A stretch of 64,000 bases of DNA, taken from Octopus sinensis (Eukaryota). The position numbers were made by a program, and so were the translations under genes. This document shows positions 23,176 to 35,964 of the stretch, piece after piece; within the stretch, counting starts at the first letter, position 1, and the number at the start of each line of letters is the position of its first letter. Under the pieces are notes generated by a model. That model saw nothing but the letters and a program-made list of their open reading frames with translations. It made no database searches and had not been told where the DNA came from. The stretch spans positions 310,001 through 374,000 of the forward strand of contig NW_021835996.1 in NCBI RefSeq assembly GCF_006345805.1. The letters are read 5' to 3'.

Positions 23176-25266
23176 ATGTCAAAAAATTCGTTTAGTTTCC
23201 CGTATGATCCTTACGGAATCCAAATCAATTTCATGGATGATATGCAAAAGTGTTTTGATATTGGAGGGGTGGGAATATTCGAAAGTCCTACAGGCACGGG
23301 GAAGTCACTCAGTCTCATATGCGGCAGTCTTACTTGGCTAACTAAACATAGAAAAAACATGGCAAAACAACGTGACGCTCTCGCCCAAGAAATTTTCAAA
23401 CGTGAACAAGAAAAACAGACTGACTGGGTGTCTCAGCACCACCTGGTGTCCTCTCTTAAACGAAGAAGAGACGAGATTGAAGATAGTCTCCATCAAATTT
23501 CACTTCTCAAAGATAAAGAACTAGCACTCGACAAACCAAACATTCTTCGCGTGTTTTACTGTTCTCGCACACATTCTCAACTTACCCAATTTATCGACCA
23601 GTTTAAAATGACCGACTTTTCTGGAGAATTCCGATTAGTAACAGTTGCTTCCAGACAACAACTATGTTTAAATGAAGAGATTCGAAATCTACCCTCGCTG
23701 AACAGACGTTGTATAGAAATAATCAAAAACAAGACTTGTCCTTATTACAAAGCTTCAAAAAGTGATCTTTTAACTGAGAAAATCTGTTCTCGACCATTAG
23801 ATGTAGAAGATATGTTCAAAGCCGGAAAAGAGACAGGCGCATGCCCATTTTATGCTGCCAGAGAAAGTGTGGATTATGCAGAATTATTGGTTGTTCCGTA
23901 TTCTATTCTTTTACATGAACAAACACGTCTAAGCTATAATTTAGACTTATCGGGTCAAATAGTAATCATAGACGAGGCACATAATTTGATGGAGGCGATA
24001 AGTTCGATTTACAGTGCTGAAATTCCCCTATCAACTGCTCTTTGTTATTCTGAGATGCTGGGAATATATAATTCAAAATACTCGAATAAGTTATCTTCTT
24101 CGAATGTACTATCTATTAAAAAGATCATATTTTTCGTTGACCGTCTGATTGCTTTTATGAAGAAAATGGACCATAAACAGGCATGCTTTACTCTTTCTGA
24201 TTTTATGTACCAATCAGGCCTGGTTGATGTGCGTGTGGCACATTTGGCTACTTTTTTGGAACACTCATTACTCACAAGGAAATTGAGTGTCTCTAAAGGG
24301 GAAGATATGGACTGTGTTGATAAGTTCGTTGACTGTATTGCTTATTACGACTCGTTTGAAGACGGGAGAATTATTCTGAGTACCACCCCCGTTGTCTCTA
24401 TTAAATATATTCTGCTTAATCCAGCCGCCCGTTTTATTGAACTCGCCACAAAAGCACACTCTCTTGTATTCGCTGGAGGGACGTTAAGACCATATGATGA
24501 AATTAAGGAACTGATTTCTCTTCATACGAACAAGAAATTAATTGAACACTGCAGTTCTCATGTCAGTGACTCCCAAAACAGCCTCCTTCTTGCAGTTGGG
24601 ATTGGTCCTGGAGGAATGGAAATAAAACTTAATTATTCAGCTCAAAAAAACGATTCCCACGTCAGACAAGTCTGTAGTGCATTGGTTAATTTGTCACGAG
24701 TTGTGCCTCGTGGGGGAATCGTATGCTTTTTCCCCTCTTATGAGTTTGAGGAGCGGTGTCATGCTGTGATCAAACAACAGTTTGGGGATTTTCTACGTAA
24801 GAAAAGAAAGCTCTTTCGAGAGCCTAAAATTTCTTGCCAAGTTGACCAAGTGCTTCGAGATTATGGGATTTCTCCGAGCGAAAGTATTTTGTTTTGTGTT
24901 ATTGGCGGGAAACTGAGTGAGGGAATAAATTTTCGCGATGATTTGTGTCGACTGGTGGTGGTTGTTGGTGTTCCTTTCCCCAATGTAATGACTGAGGAAT
25001 GGAAGGCTAAAATGGACTATATAAAGAACAAGGATAACAGTGATAGGATTACTTGCATGCGTGCAGTTAATCAGAGTATAGGACGGGCCATTCGACACAA
25101 AAACGACTTTGCTGCAATTGTCCTTTTGGATTCTCGATATGGAAATTCTTCTCTCTCGGATTATTTACCTTCCTGGCTTATGAGAAACCATTGTATTGCT
25201 ACCAGTTTTCCTCACGCATTGACTGCTCTTCGTAATTTTTTTATTCTCCATAAAGATTCTTATTGA
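23176..25266 (+). CDS. DDX11: Fe-S DNA helicase DDX11/Chl1, single exon
   Basis: FSFPYDPYGIQ, FESPTGTGKSLSLICGSLTWL, YCSRTHSQLTQF, four Fe-S Cys, IIDEAHNL, GGTL, FFPSY, GGKLSEGINF.DDL.R, MRAVNQSIGRAIRH..D. Confidence 0.95.
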   Translation: MSKNSFSFPYDPYGIQINFMDDMQKCFDIGGVGIFESPTGTGKSLSLICGSLTWLTKHRKNMAKQRDALAQEIFKREQEKQTDWVSQHHLVSSLKRRRDEIEDSLHQISLLKDKELALDKPNILRVFYCSRTHSQLTQFIDQFKMTDFSGEFRLVTVASRQQLCLNEEIRNLPSLNRRCIEIIKNKTCPYYKASKSDLLTEKICSRPLDVEDMFKAGKETGACPFYAARESVDYAELLVVPYSILLHEQTRLSYNLDLSGQIVIIDEAHNLMEAISSIYSAEIPLSTALCYSEMLGIYNSKYSNKLSSSNVLSIKKIIFFVDRLIAFMKKMDHKQACFTLSDFMYQSGLVDVRVAHLATFLEHSLLTRKLSVSKGEDMDCVDKFVDCIAYYDSFEDGRIILSTTPVVSIKYILLNPAARFIELATKAHSLVFAGGTLRPYDEIKELISLHTNKKLIEHCSSHVSDSQNSLLLAVGIGPGGMEIKLNYSAQKNDSHVRQVCSALVNLSRVVPRGGIVCFFPSYEFEERCHAVIKQQFGDFLRKKRKLFREPKISCQVDQVLRDYGISPSESILFCVIGGKLSEGINFRDDLCRLVVVVGVPFPNVMTEEWKAKMDYIKNKDNSDRITCMRAVNQSIGRAIRHKNDFAAIVLLDSRYGNSSLSDYLPSWLMRNHCIATSFPHALTALRNFFILHKDSY

Positions 25267-26262
25267 TTGTAATTTTTTTTATTTGAGTCTCATTTCCACT
25301 TCCGTAGACTCACTTCGAGATAGAATTTTGGTTAGTTATCCCACGTTAGAGAGATAAAATTTATGTTCTGCAGTGTCTTCAAAGTTTGCAAACAAATGAT
25401 GTCTTAAAAACGGACCGAATTTGCATAAAACCTGGCATCACGTCATCGAAATTTTTAGAAGAGGTGTATACTCAAGCCTGCCTAACAAATTATGAGATTC
25501 TACTATCTATATTTTATTTAAAGAACGCTTCTAAATTTTTTTGCTGTGAGTTCTAACTTCTCGCACAACGCTGTCCCCAATTTTGAACACAGAGATATAA
25601 TTTTTCGACATCCGCTTTTTTGACAAATCAATTAGATCAAAAATACATCTAATATTAGACTAAATATTGATACCCTTCTCTCATGGTATAGGCTCTTATG
25701 GGCTTAATTAATACAAGGTGTTGATGAGTATTCTTGCTTGACATTGACAGCAGGATTTATTTTAAAGAACTTTTAATTATTATGAAAATATTTTTGTACA
25801 CCATGGAAGCAGACACTGCAACGCTCCATACGTATATCAACTTGAGCTTCTTGAAATGTAGTCAAGTGTACAATTTGCCGTGGTATTTAAGTCAAATAAG
25901 CAACTAGATTTTTTGAGTCGAATTCCACAATAGAAGTATCCGAACTTGGTCGCAATGCTAAAAAATGCATCAGTCCTCGGATCGAAGTATGCATATGAAA
26001 CTTTTTTGAACAAACATACACGAATAAAAACAAAGTATTGACTGATAAACACTTAATTCCATTTTACGTAAATTGTCTTCAAAATTTACTCCTTGTTTAG
26101 ATAAAATAATAGACACCGATGAACAAAACCGGGGATAGGACGTCTCATTGGGAGGTGCCGTTGTTTGTTCTAAATGAATAGTAGCGTAGAGAAGAGTAGA
26201 TAACGAATTATTCGAATGAAATTTTCATCGAGTATTAATTTTAATATTTGTATTATCTAGAC

Positions 26263-27628
26263 CAGCGGTTCTCAAATGCGGCCCGCAGGATTTTTTTGCG
26301 GCCCCTCTAGAGTAACTAACTTTTTTAATTTTTTAATAATGTTAAAATTTAATTATTTATTGATCGTTCCAAAGATATAACCGAAAATAGTTTCGATCAA
26401 TTAATATGGCATCACTGCATAATTCACCAGGAAAATCTTATCGCCAAGTCCATTAAAATGGAACATGTTTCCAAAAAAGTCGTTAATATCGTTAATTGGA
26501 TACGCTCAAAAGCGCTCAATCACCGATATTTTAAATCTTTTTTGGAAGAAGTTGATGCTGAGTATGGAGATGTTATTTTTCATACTGAAGTGAGGTGGTT
26601 AAGTCGTTCGAAATGCCTTAATATTTTATTAAAGGTTCTATAAATTGCTTCCAGAAATTAAGGAGTTTACCAAAGACAAAGTAATTTCGATGAACTTTAC
26701 GATGAAAGATGGATTGCCGATTTGGCTTTTTATGTTGATTTAACCACGCATTTGTCGGATCTCAATGTTGAATTACAAGGAAAAGGCAAACTCTGTTATC
26801 AGTTATATGGATATATTTCTTCGTTTATCGAAAAATTATATTTATGGATGACTTCCCTTAAAGAGGGAGATACATCTCATTTTTATTCACTATCTGAAAA
26901 CAACGAAGGCGCTGCTTATGAAAAATACATATCCATAATTGGTGATTTAATTAATCAATTTGAAGCACGTTTTGGGGTACATTTATATAAATTTAATTTT
27001 TAGAATTTTAAAGAATTCCTTCTCTTAATGAAAATATTCGCAACTCCATTCAGCGTGGAAATTAAGGATGCGCCTGCAAAGTTTCAACTAGAACTCATTA
27101 ATTTACAACATGATATAGAACTGCGGCATTGTTCAAAAAAGCGTCCATTATTAATTTATACGAATTAATTCCTCAAGACAAATTCAAAAATATAACACAC
27201 AATGCATATATGAATATATCAATGTTTGGATCTACTATTTATGCGAATCAATATTTAGTAAAATGATTCGCATAAAAAATAAATATCGTAACAAACTCAC
27301 GGATAATCACTCGAGTCAGCTTTTACGAACTTCTTTGACTTTACTTATTCCGGATTTCAAAAACTTAATAAACAAATAATACTTTCTTTTTAGTTACAAA
27401 CGCCTTTTTTTAGATTTTTTAGCTTGTAATTCTTTATAAAGGAAATGGAAATTAAAAAAAAAACAGAGTCCAAAAACTCATTACGCATCAGCAGTGGCTG
27501 CACTTCGGATTGCAAGCGAGTTACCGGCTTGGAAAATATAAAAATATATAAAATATTTTTTGTGCGGCCCGCGAAGCTAATCTTAATTATCGATTTGGCC
27601 CTTGAGCTAAAAAGGTTGAGAACCCCTG
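26263..27628 (+). mobile_element. Internally deleted hAT (SPIN/GTF2IRD2-like) transposon
   Basis: TIR cagcggttctcaa / ttgagaacccctg; TSD atctagac at 26255-26262 and 27629-27636; HCIIHQE, HTEVRWLS, LNVELQGK; probable 27-nt intron 26977-27003. Confidence 0.92.
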
Positions 27629-27974
27629 ATCTAGACTGCTGATTGAGTCAAATGCTTTTATAAATAAAATTACAGTCTTACGCCCGTTTTGAACGCCAAG
27701 TGTTCCAAAACAGAGGTTGTTCCAAACACAGAGGTTGCTCCAAAAATTGTATGAAAATGTTTTATTATTGTGTACATAATTATACTTTGTTAATTGTAAA
27801 CCTGAGAATTCAACGGTAAACTAAAATTGTTTGAAATAATCAGCAATTTTTTGTTCACAGCTATATTTAAATTGCATATGAATTTTGTTCTAAACTAATA
27901 AAAATCTTTGAGACAATCTGGCAACATATTTAAAACGTTTCCCTCAAATTTATTTATGTTATCAATGCCTGTAG

Positions 27975-29185
27975 TTACGTAAGAAAAGGTGGTCATCCCA
28001 TCAGATCTTTTTCCATTTCCACGATCTAGGCCCACTAGCTCTAGCTCCTAGGGGAAGCCTGTTGATTCAGGAACTCGTACGACAACAATATTAACAGCGG
28101 AGTGCCGAGGAGCTCCCCCAGCACTTTGTTTGCAAGAGAGTGGGTGGAAACCTTTAACGTCAACCATTTTCAATATCTGCATTGATGTTGTTCCCAGATG
28201 TCAAGTCCGAGTCTCAAGGCGGTACCAATGTCTCAAGGTATCCTCTAATAATGTTCCGAGGTCAGCAATTGGCATAGCATTTAGCCATCTGGGGATTTAT
28301 GTAGAATCTCTAAGGATAGCCTTTGACAGAATGAGTGAAAGGACAGGAAAGCCAGGAGGGCAACGTACAGGGCAGATCTTAGGTCAGCTCCGCAGAATTA
28401 AGTAATAGTTTACATTACGTCCACTCAGTATTATCGAAACGAATGTTTAGGATCGATTCGGCATACAATCTTAACGTATTATTCAAAAGAATGCAATATT
28501 TCATTTTGTATATATCAGGGCGAGAATCTCAATAAGTATAATAGTTTGGAAACGTCAATGCAATTTTTGAAAATTAATAAAGCCATGAGAGAGTCAAATA
28601 GAAAGAAGCGTTTATAAAAACGGAACATTTCGACACTCTTAGCTTGGAGGTGGTTTTGCGAATTGCACTCTTCAAAAGGATACCCAAGAAAATTAATATC
28701 ATTAAAGTGTGTTTTTTTGTGCCTGCCAAGATTTCCGAAATTTTTATATTACTAAACCAAAATTTTGTGTTGAAAATGAGATATTTATGATCTCAGTTTT
28801 TTGGTATTAACTATCAGCCCTATTTTTTTCTGGACAGGAACAATTTTAAATAACTCATCCAAGACCATATTAGCAGGATTCCCAATAGTAGCATCGTCGA
28901 GGTACCAGAGGTTGAAAAGTGTCGTAAAATTACGAGTCACATCGTCGATAAACAGAGCAAATAGTAAGGATCCGAGAGGGTCACCTTGTTGGACTCCAGT
29001 CCAGGAACGGACGGTGTGCTTTTCAAAGACAAGCGAATTTCCAAACCCGTAAGCAAGTTGAGCCAGTCTCATGATCTCAGGCGTACGGCGCGAGCGCAAT
29101 TTCAACATACAGTTCCTCCTCAGACTGTTGAACGCGTTTTAGCCTCACTGCAAAGATATTCGGGGATTGTCTTGTATCGGCCCTA
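27975..29185 (-). mobile_element. Degenerate CRE-like non-LTR fragments (RT and RLE)
   Basis: NAFNSLRR, GVQQGDPLGSLLF, WYLDD at 28785-29150; GKRSDGMT near 28000. Confidence 0.75.
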
Positions 29186-29715
29186 ATTAATTGAATCTTC
29201 GTTTTGGAAAAAGTTTAACAATTTCAATTTTTTATCGTAGTTTAGGCTCATAAAACGTGAAGATAACAAGGAAAAAATGATCAAACAGAGAATACAAAAC
29301 TGAATTGTTTATTTTCTATATAAAAAACTCGTCACTAAATTAAAAGAAGAAGAGAAGGAAAAGGGAGAAGAACCAAACAAAACCAATAAAGCGAAATAAC
29401 CGAGTTTCTTTGCTGATTGGGGTTTAATCTGATAAATTTGTAATCGAATTTATTCTTTTTTAAGACAGATAGCGTCTTGCGGGTCCTAACCCTGCTTTAA
29501 TTTACTTTCCAACTTGATTATTTACCAATTTCATAGAAATATAAAAATTGAAATGATTTTAATTAATGTTGCTGATATAACCAAGAAATACATTTTCAGT
29601 GAGAAATGCTTCCGCTAGTAATTTCATCATTTATGGAAGATGATCACTTTCCAAATCATTTTCAACGTACACAAACCACTTAAGGCACCACTTAACAATC
29701 CTAATCGATCACAAC

Positions 29716-30640
29716 TTATTTATTTATTAGGACCAAAAACACCGTAATAACCATAATTAACTATTTCAGGTGATCCCAGCCTCTTTTAAAAACCTTCGCA
29801 TCTTTTCTCTGTGCTCTACAGCGCATTGTCTAAGAAGTCGGGGATCCCAAACATTGACTTTTTTCCTGAGGTCTCCCCCGTTTTCTTTCACGATTTCTTC
29901 TAGTCCTTTTGGTTAAATTTTGTTCCCCGTGACATCCGCTAAGAGGTTTACAATCTCCATTTGAATATTGTCGATTTTTTTGACATTTTTATATGCTAGA
30001 TTGCTTCCCCATACTGTACATCCGTAACCAATTGTCGGTTTAATGTATTGGGTGTATAGAGACTCTAATCCGTAAGTTCCTTTGGCGTCTTCCAAGTTTA
30101 CAAGAAATGCTTTAAGAAAGTTTAGTTTCTTATTGCATTTCGTCAACACGTTTTCCGTATGGGGAGTGAAGGTTAGAAAAATGTCAAAAATGATCCCTAG
30201 TATCTTTAGAGTTTTATTTTGAGGAATTGATTTCCCTTTCATGGTCACATTTATCGACAAATTTCCCAGTCTTTTGTTAGTTGTGAAAAAGGTTAGCTCA
30301 GAATTTTCTGGCTTTGCTTTCAACAGATTGGCATTGAACCATATACACAAGTTATTTATATTTTTCTGTAATCTTCTTGTAGCTTCGCTGACACATATAT
30401 CCTTCGATGCAACGATTATATCATCCGCATATGTAGTAAAATGCCATTCTTGTTTTCAGAAAGAGCCATATCGTTCAACATTAGGTTGAATAATACGGGG
30501 GATAGAGGGGAACCTTGTGGCACTCCATTCGGTAGTAGTCTTGATGCAGATCTTCGATTGCCCTTGTAGACTCTACCCCGACGTCCATTCAAAAAATTGT
30601 TAAGCCATAGTTTTAAATTTGGTTTCATATTCAATGAGTA
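29716..30640 (-). mobile_element. 5'-truncated LINE (RT domain to 3' end)
   Basis: GVPQGSPLSPVLFN, YADD, KILGIIFD, YTQYIKPTIGYG, ends EAGIT*; (TAAA)n-like tail near 29716. Confidence 0.85.
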
Positions 30641-30644
30641 AATT

Positions 30645-30721
30645 TAAACTCATAGTTGTTTGTTGAAACAGACCCTCCACAATAGCTAGGTCGCGGTGAG
30701 CGAAGCGAGCTGCCGAGCTAG
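30645..30721 (+). mobile_element. Solo Helitron 3' end
   Basis: Near-identical to about 38010-38086, ending gcgaagcgagctgccgagCTAG followed by T. Confidence 0.85.
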
Positions 30722-31719
30722 TTTTAAATAATATTGTTTGTGATGTCTGGAAAACGTGTTAAAAGATGTAGAAAATTTATCCAAGAAAATCGTGTATTTT
30801 TTTGAATTTCAAAAGTAACAACATATTCCGAAAAATCTTTGTTTAAAAAACGTGTCGGCAAGTATTTTAATCTTTAATGTGTTTTCCTTTTCCTTATAAA
30901 ATTCCAGAACTATTTTGTAGAAGAACAAACAAAATTTTTTGGCCAAATGTGACAAAATCTAGATTAAATTGTAACAAAATAGAATGTGAAGCACGCATAA
31001 TTTTTCAAATATCAAATATTTGTTAGATTAATTGATTTAAAATAGTCACTTCCACGGGAAAAATTATAAGGACCATGATTATTAAGACGAAATTTCTTGT
31101 AATGTCTATTGTTGTAAGTCCGATATACTAAATATAGTCAAATAAAAATGTTTATACTCATAAGTTATGAGTCATAACACATATTATGGCCGCAACAAAA
31201 AATGATATCAGGAATGACAAAATGATTGTAATTTGAGGAATGGCTGACTAATAATTACAAGAGTAAAATGTAAAATTTACAGAGGTATGTGTGGTTTTAA
31301 TTTCATAAATTAAATGATAAAATTCCTTATTTCCTTCTGGTAAAGTGAATTTCACAACAATCTTTATATTGCCAGTTTTATTTGTTAATATTTGCCCGAT
31401 TTCTAAATTGTAAAATCAAATAAATACTATTGGTCGTTTCACTACATGAATCCTCGATGCACAAATTGCACGAACTGAAGTTATTTGATCTTGTATCAAT
31501 GGAAAATTGGAGAACATTTTTGCGCATAATAAAACGAACTTTTTTGAGAATAAACGAAAAATCTAAATATAGAAAAGAATTCAAGCGACTACTAAATGAA
31601 ATGGTTTCGTTTAAAATTTTTATTGTATATTTTGATGAAAACTTTCTTATCTGGGACGATGCAACATTGTAAATTATATTTGGTTTTACACGCGTAAATC
31701 CAATTTTATTATTAAACTT

Positions 31720-32814
31720 TGTCACCGGTTTTATAGCCCACTGGGTTGGATAACCCACCTACTGCCATATTTTATAATAATAATATTTTTCATATATTTA
31801 ATTTCATTGGAAAAAATGATTTTCTTAATTATTTTAATAATTTATTGTTCTTTTTTTAACTATTTTAGCGTGAAAACTATAACTTTTTATTAATAAAGTT
31901 TAAAAACTGTGAAAATAAGTAGGGTTGTTCAATAAGTTCAATTAGAATATGGTTCTTTTGAAATTAACGACAAACCAACTTAATGAAATAAAAAATTTTG
32001 ATGACACCACTACTATATTCGATAAAGAGAAAAGGAGAAGGCTCAGGACGCTTAAAAATCGTTTTTGCTTTAAAGTTCCTGAAAGAACGTATATAAAAGT
32101 CGGAAATAAAAAACTGCGTTTTTTTACTCTAGAAGAAAGTGAGCTAAAGTTAAAAATTATTGAGGTATCTATTTCAAAACAATTGAAGATCGAGCATATG
32201 AATACTCATTTTGGTAGAGACCACATGAAACTACCAAATGGGCGCCCTTCAAAATTTTTATGGGGGATAAAAGAGATTCGGAGCTGGAGAGAAAATGAAA
32301 AAACGTCGTAAGTGGAAATATGACGCAGAAGACATTGAAATTAGAGATACAGTGCTGCTGAAACACGACAGGGATGATAACCCTGGTAACCGGAGATACC
32401 CATTATATGACGAACTGGATATAAATAAGTACACAGTTTCAGAAAAATTTGAAACTACGTGTACTATTAATAAAGAAAAATTTGAAACTACGTGTAGATA
32501 ATGGAGAATCAGTATCCACCGTTCATTTTAGTAGATTAAAAAAAATTTGATTAAAATTTTGATTTTTTTAAAGAATTAATTCTTATTTTTTATTGACTCC
32601 CATTAAATAAATAAAATTTTATTTATTTAAAAAATGTAAAGCACAAATTAATGATGTGTGATTTATGCAACATGCAGAAATATAAAAACTAATAAAAAAG
32701 AAGAAAATCATAGTTAATTATATTTTCTGATGATTTTTAGATTATATTTATATTTTTTTGGTAGTTTTTTCGATGGTGGGTTATCCAACCCGGTGGGCTA
32801 TAAAACCGGTGACA
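31720..32814 (+). mobile_element. Ginger-like (integrase-type) DNA transposon, internally deleted
   Basis: 40-bp TIRs with 1 mismatch (31720-31759 / 32775-32814), TGT..ACA termini, 5-bp TSD aactt; integrase zinc-finger half EHMNTHFGRDH; catalytic core deleted. Confidence 0.8.
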
Positions 32815-33085
32815 AACTTTATTATATAAAATTACTAAAATCACCATAAATATATGTTCCATTGACTTAATTTCTGGGTCATGTTTCCTATTAAAACAAA
32901 AAGAATATAAGCGAAAATTTTTGTTCAACATGTAATTCGCATAAGGAACTTCTAAATTATGTTAAATATTTTTTATTAGTAACCTTGATACCACAGTTTA
33001 ATTTTTAAAGTGTTAGAGCAATTAAGTACAATGTTATTTGTTTGATTTTGGATAATTTGAAAAAAATCTCACGAATTAAAAAATA

Positions 33086-34642
33086 CAGTAGACTATCCAT
33101 TTAACGAAAAAAAATTTAACGAAAATATTCATTTTACGAAAGTCAAAATATTTTTTACGTTTTTCCTTAGATAAATTCAAAAATAAAAATTTTTTTTCTT
33201 TGTATTAGTGAATATTTAAATATATTTAACGAATATTTAAATAACGAAAATTAAAATTTTGATAAAATTTTAAAATAATTTTTCCTCGCTATTTCTTTGT
33301 AGTAAACCATGTGTACAAGGGTGAACAATATGAAGAAAAAGAAAAACTTATCAAATTCAACAAAAACTGGAAGTTATTGATTTCAAGAAGAATAATCCTG
33401 CTGTTACTCAAGAAAATTTGGCTCAGCGGTTTAATATGCCTATTGGAGTGATCAATTCAACGTTGAAGAAAATGCAATTGTATGGATCAAGGCGTCACAA
33501 ACAAAAAAAGATTACATTTAAAAGTTGTACTGATAAGATATGAACCACTATATGCATGGATTCAGAACAAACGTTTCTGTAATCACACCATAACTAATGA
33601 AATGGTACGCGAAATGGCACTCAAAATTGCTCAAAGATTTTATATTGAAAATTTCAAAGCATCTCACCCATGGATTTCACGCTTTAAGGAAGAGTATGGA
33701 AGGAGATAAAGAGCATCCGTTGGTAATCGGAAAATTCAAAAATCCTCATGGTTTTAAAAATATTAATATGAATAATCTTGGGATTCAATATGCAAATAGC
33801 AATAAATCTTGGATGACCAGTTTAATTTTTAAAAACTGGGTTGAACGGTTAAATTCCAAAATGAGTGTGGAAAATAGAAAGATTTTGCTTCTTTTATATA
33901 ATGCGCCAGTTCACTATTTTGATGGCGAATTCAGTAATATCGAGTTGTATTTTCTTCCTCCAAAGACAACATCTAAGATTCAACCAATTGATCAAGGGAT
34001 TGTGCATTCATTTAAATCGTTGTATAAAAAAGGAATGACTAGAAATTTGAGTATGGGAACAAATATAGGAACATTGTCATATACAGATGAACTTACCAAA
34101 TTCAAATTAGTGAATGCTCTACCTTTAATTATTGAGGCTTGGAACGAAGTCACAGTGGACACTATCAAAAATTGCTTCAACAAGGCATTAAATAATTGGG
34201 CGAAGATAGATGAAAAAATACTTGAAGAATCCACTGACGAAAAAGGTATTAAATTTAAATCACCTTACAATTAGAGATAATAAAAGTGAAATTATGATTG
34301 AGTTTCCTGTCTGTGCACCTGTCGTCTGCGAAGAAAACGCGTATCTTGATACAATACAATGTGAGGAAGAAAATGAGCATGAAGAAATAGATAGCACAAA
34401 TGACAATCCCATTGGTTATGCAGATGCACTTAAATATTTGGAAAATATTGAAAAATATTTTTTGCAAGAATCTGGTGAACATATTCACCTAATTACAAAT
34501 TTGAGAAATATATTGGCAAAAATTAAAAAGAAAGAACCTAAAATTACCGATTACATGACACATTTTTAATTAAACAATTTTTTTCGTTAAATTCATTTAA
34601 CGAATGCTCAATTTTCATTTTCGTTAAATGAATAGTCTACTG
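33086..34642 (+). mobile_element. pogo/Tigger transposon, defective
   Basis: 25-bp TIR cagtagactat(c/t)catttaacgaaaa, TA flanks; CENP-B-like HTH (FKASHPWISRFK), PLVIGK, SWMTS, LLLYNAPVH (catalytic D to Y), QPIDQG; frameshifts and a deletion removing the first catalytic D. Confidence 0.92.
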
Positions 34643-35873
34643 TATATACTTTTTAATGTACACTCATTTTGAATTGTATTTGGAATTAAAGAGAGGTTTG
34701 ATAAAAATATTGCTTCCTTTCGAGAATTGTTAAAACTATATATCTGAGATGCAAGAGTTGCAAAAAAGCACAACACTGGGAGAACCATTAAACTACGTTA
34801 TTAAATAACTATTATGTATATCATTTAACGTCGTAATCATCCAATTTGGATAAAAAGTTTATCACATACTTATTTTTTTAAAACAAAATTTTTTATTATA
34901 ACAAATGAATTTTAATGATTTGATGGGCAAAAAATGACCGAATTGTGAAGAAGCTTGGCTCTTCGCAATTATCGGAGGGACCATTATGTGGGGCGATAAC
35001 ACAGGAAGAGGTTGAAAGGGCAATTGCTGGGTTGAAGAACAAGACGCCTGGCTTCGACTACATCCCTCCGAAGTTGTTAAAGAAGGCCCCTGAAATCTTG
35101 ATACGAGCATTGACTATGTTGTTTCACGCCAGCTGGACGTTCGGGCACCTTCCATCGGCGTGGAAGCATACGATTGTTCGAATGATTCCAAAATCTGGTA
35201 AATCGACACTGCTGGCACAGAACTACCGGCCAATTAGCCTCATTTGTGCTTTCTCTAAGACAGGGGTCACCAAACTTTTTGCACTCGCGGGCCGGATTGA
35301 CCCCAACACAATGAACGCGGGCCGGAGCACGTGCATAGGATTATAATTTTACTAGAAATTCATAAGTGTGTTTTTTACAATAAAAACTAATTTAAACAAA
35401 AATAAAGTAAACAAAAATTTTAATGAGAGCTATGGAACTGTGATCTTTTTTTGTATAAGTTCATCAATATTTGGTTTTAAATTGCTGCATCCTATCATGA
35501 GAATTGATTTTAAGTGTCCGTCAGTCAATCTTGCACGATGGGCAGACTTAACATATTTCATCCTAGAAAACGTTTGCTCACATTGGTAAGTTGTGCCAAA
35601 TATAGAAATCATCTTTATCGCAAAATTCTTTAGTCTCGGAAACTCATCATCCTTGAGATATTCGTAGAACTCAGCGAGTTTGGTCCGTCTGTGACAATCT
35701 TTGAGCTGTTCATTTGATTGTAAGTCAATAACTTCTAATTGTAATTCATGTTGAACATTTTCAACATTACAAGAAAATGGATTTTCGAACAAAATTATAT
35801 CGCTTTCAATTTTGTCAAGTTCAGAAAACTTATGTAAAAAATGATGTTTTAATCTTAATAATAAAATGGTATG

Positions 35874-35938
35874 GTGTGTGTCTGTCTGTGTGTCTGTCTG
35901 TCTGTGTGTCTGTCTGTCTGTCTGTCTGTCTGTGTGTG
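35874..35938. repeat. (GTCT)n/(GT)n microsatellite near the Helitron 5' end
   Basis: gtgtgtgtctgtctgtgtgtctgtctg... starting about 20 bp inside the 5' TC. Confidence 0.9.
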
Positions 35939-35964
35939 CACACCAACTTCAAATTGGCAATACG

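Noticed and set aside
23211-25098. Antisense ORFs within DDX11, and similar ones within the RLE and LINE ORFs
   Set aside because: Shadow ORFs of real coding strands with no motifs of their own.
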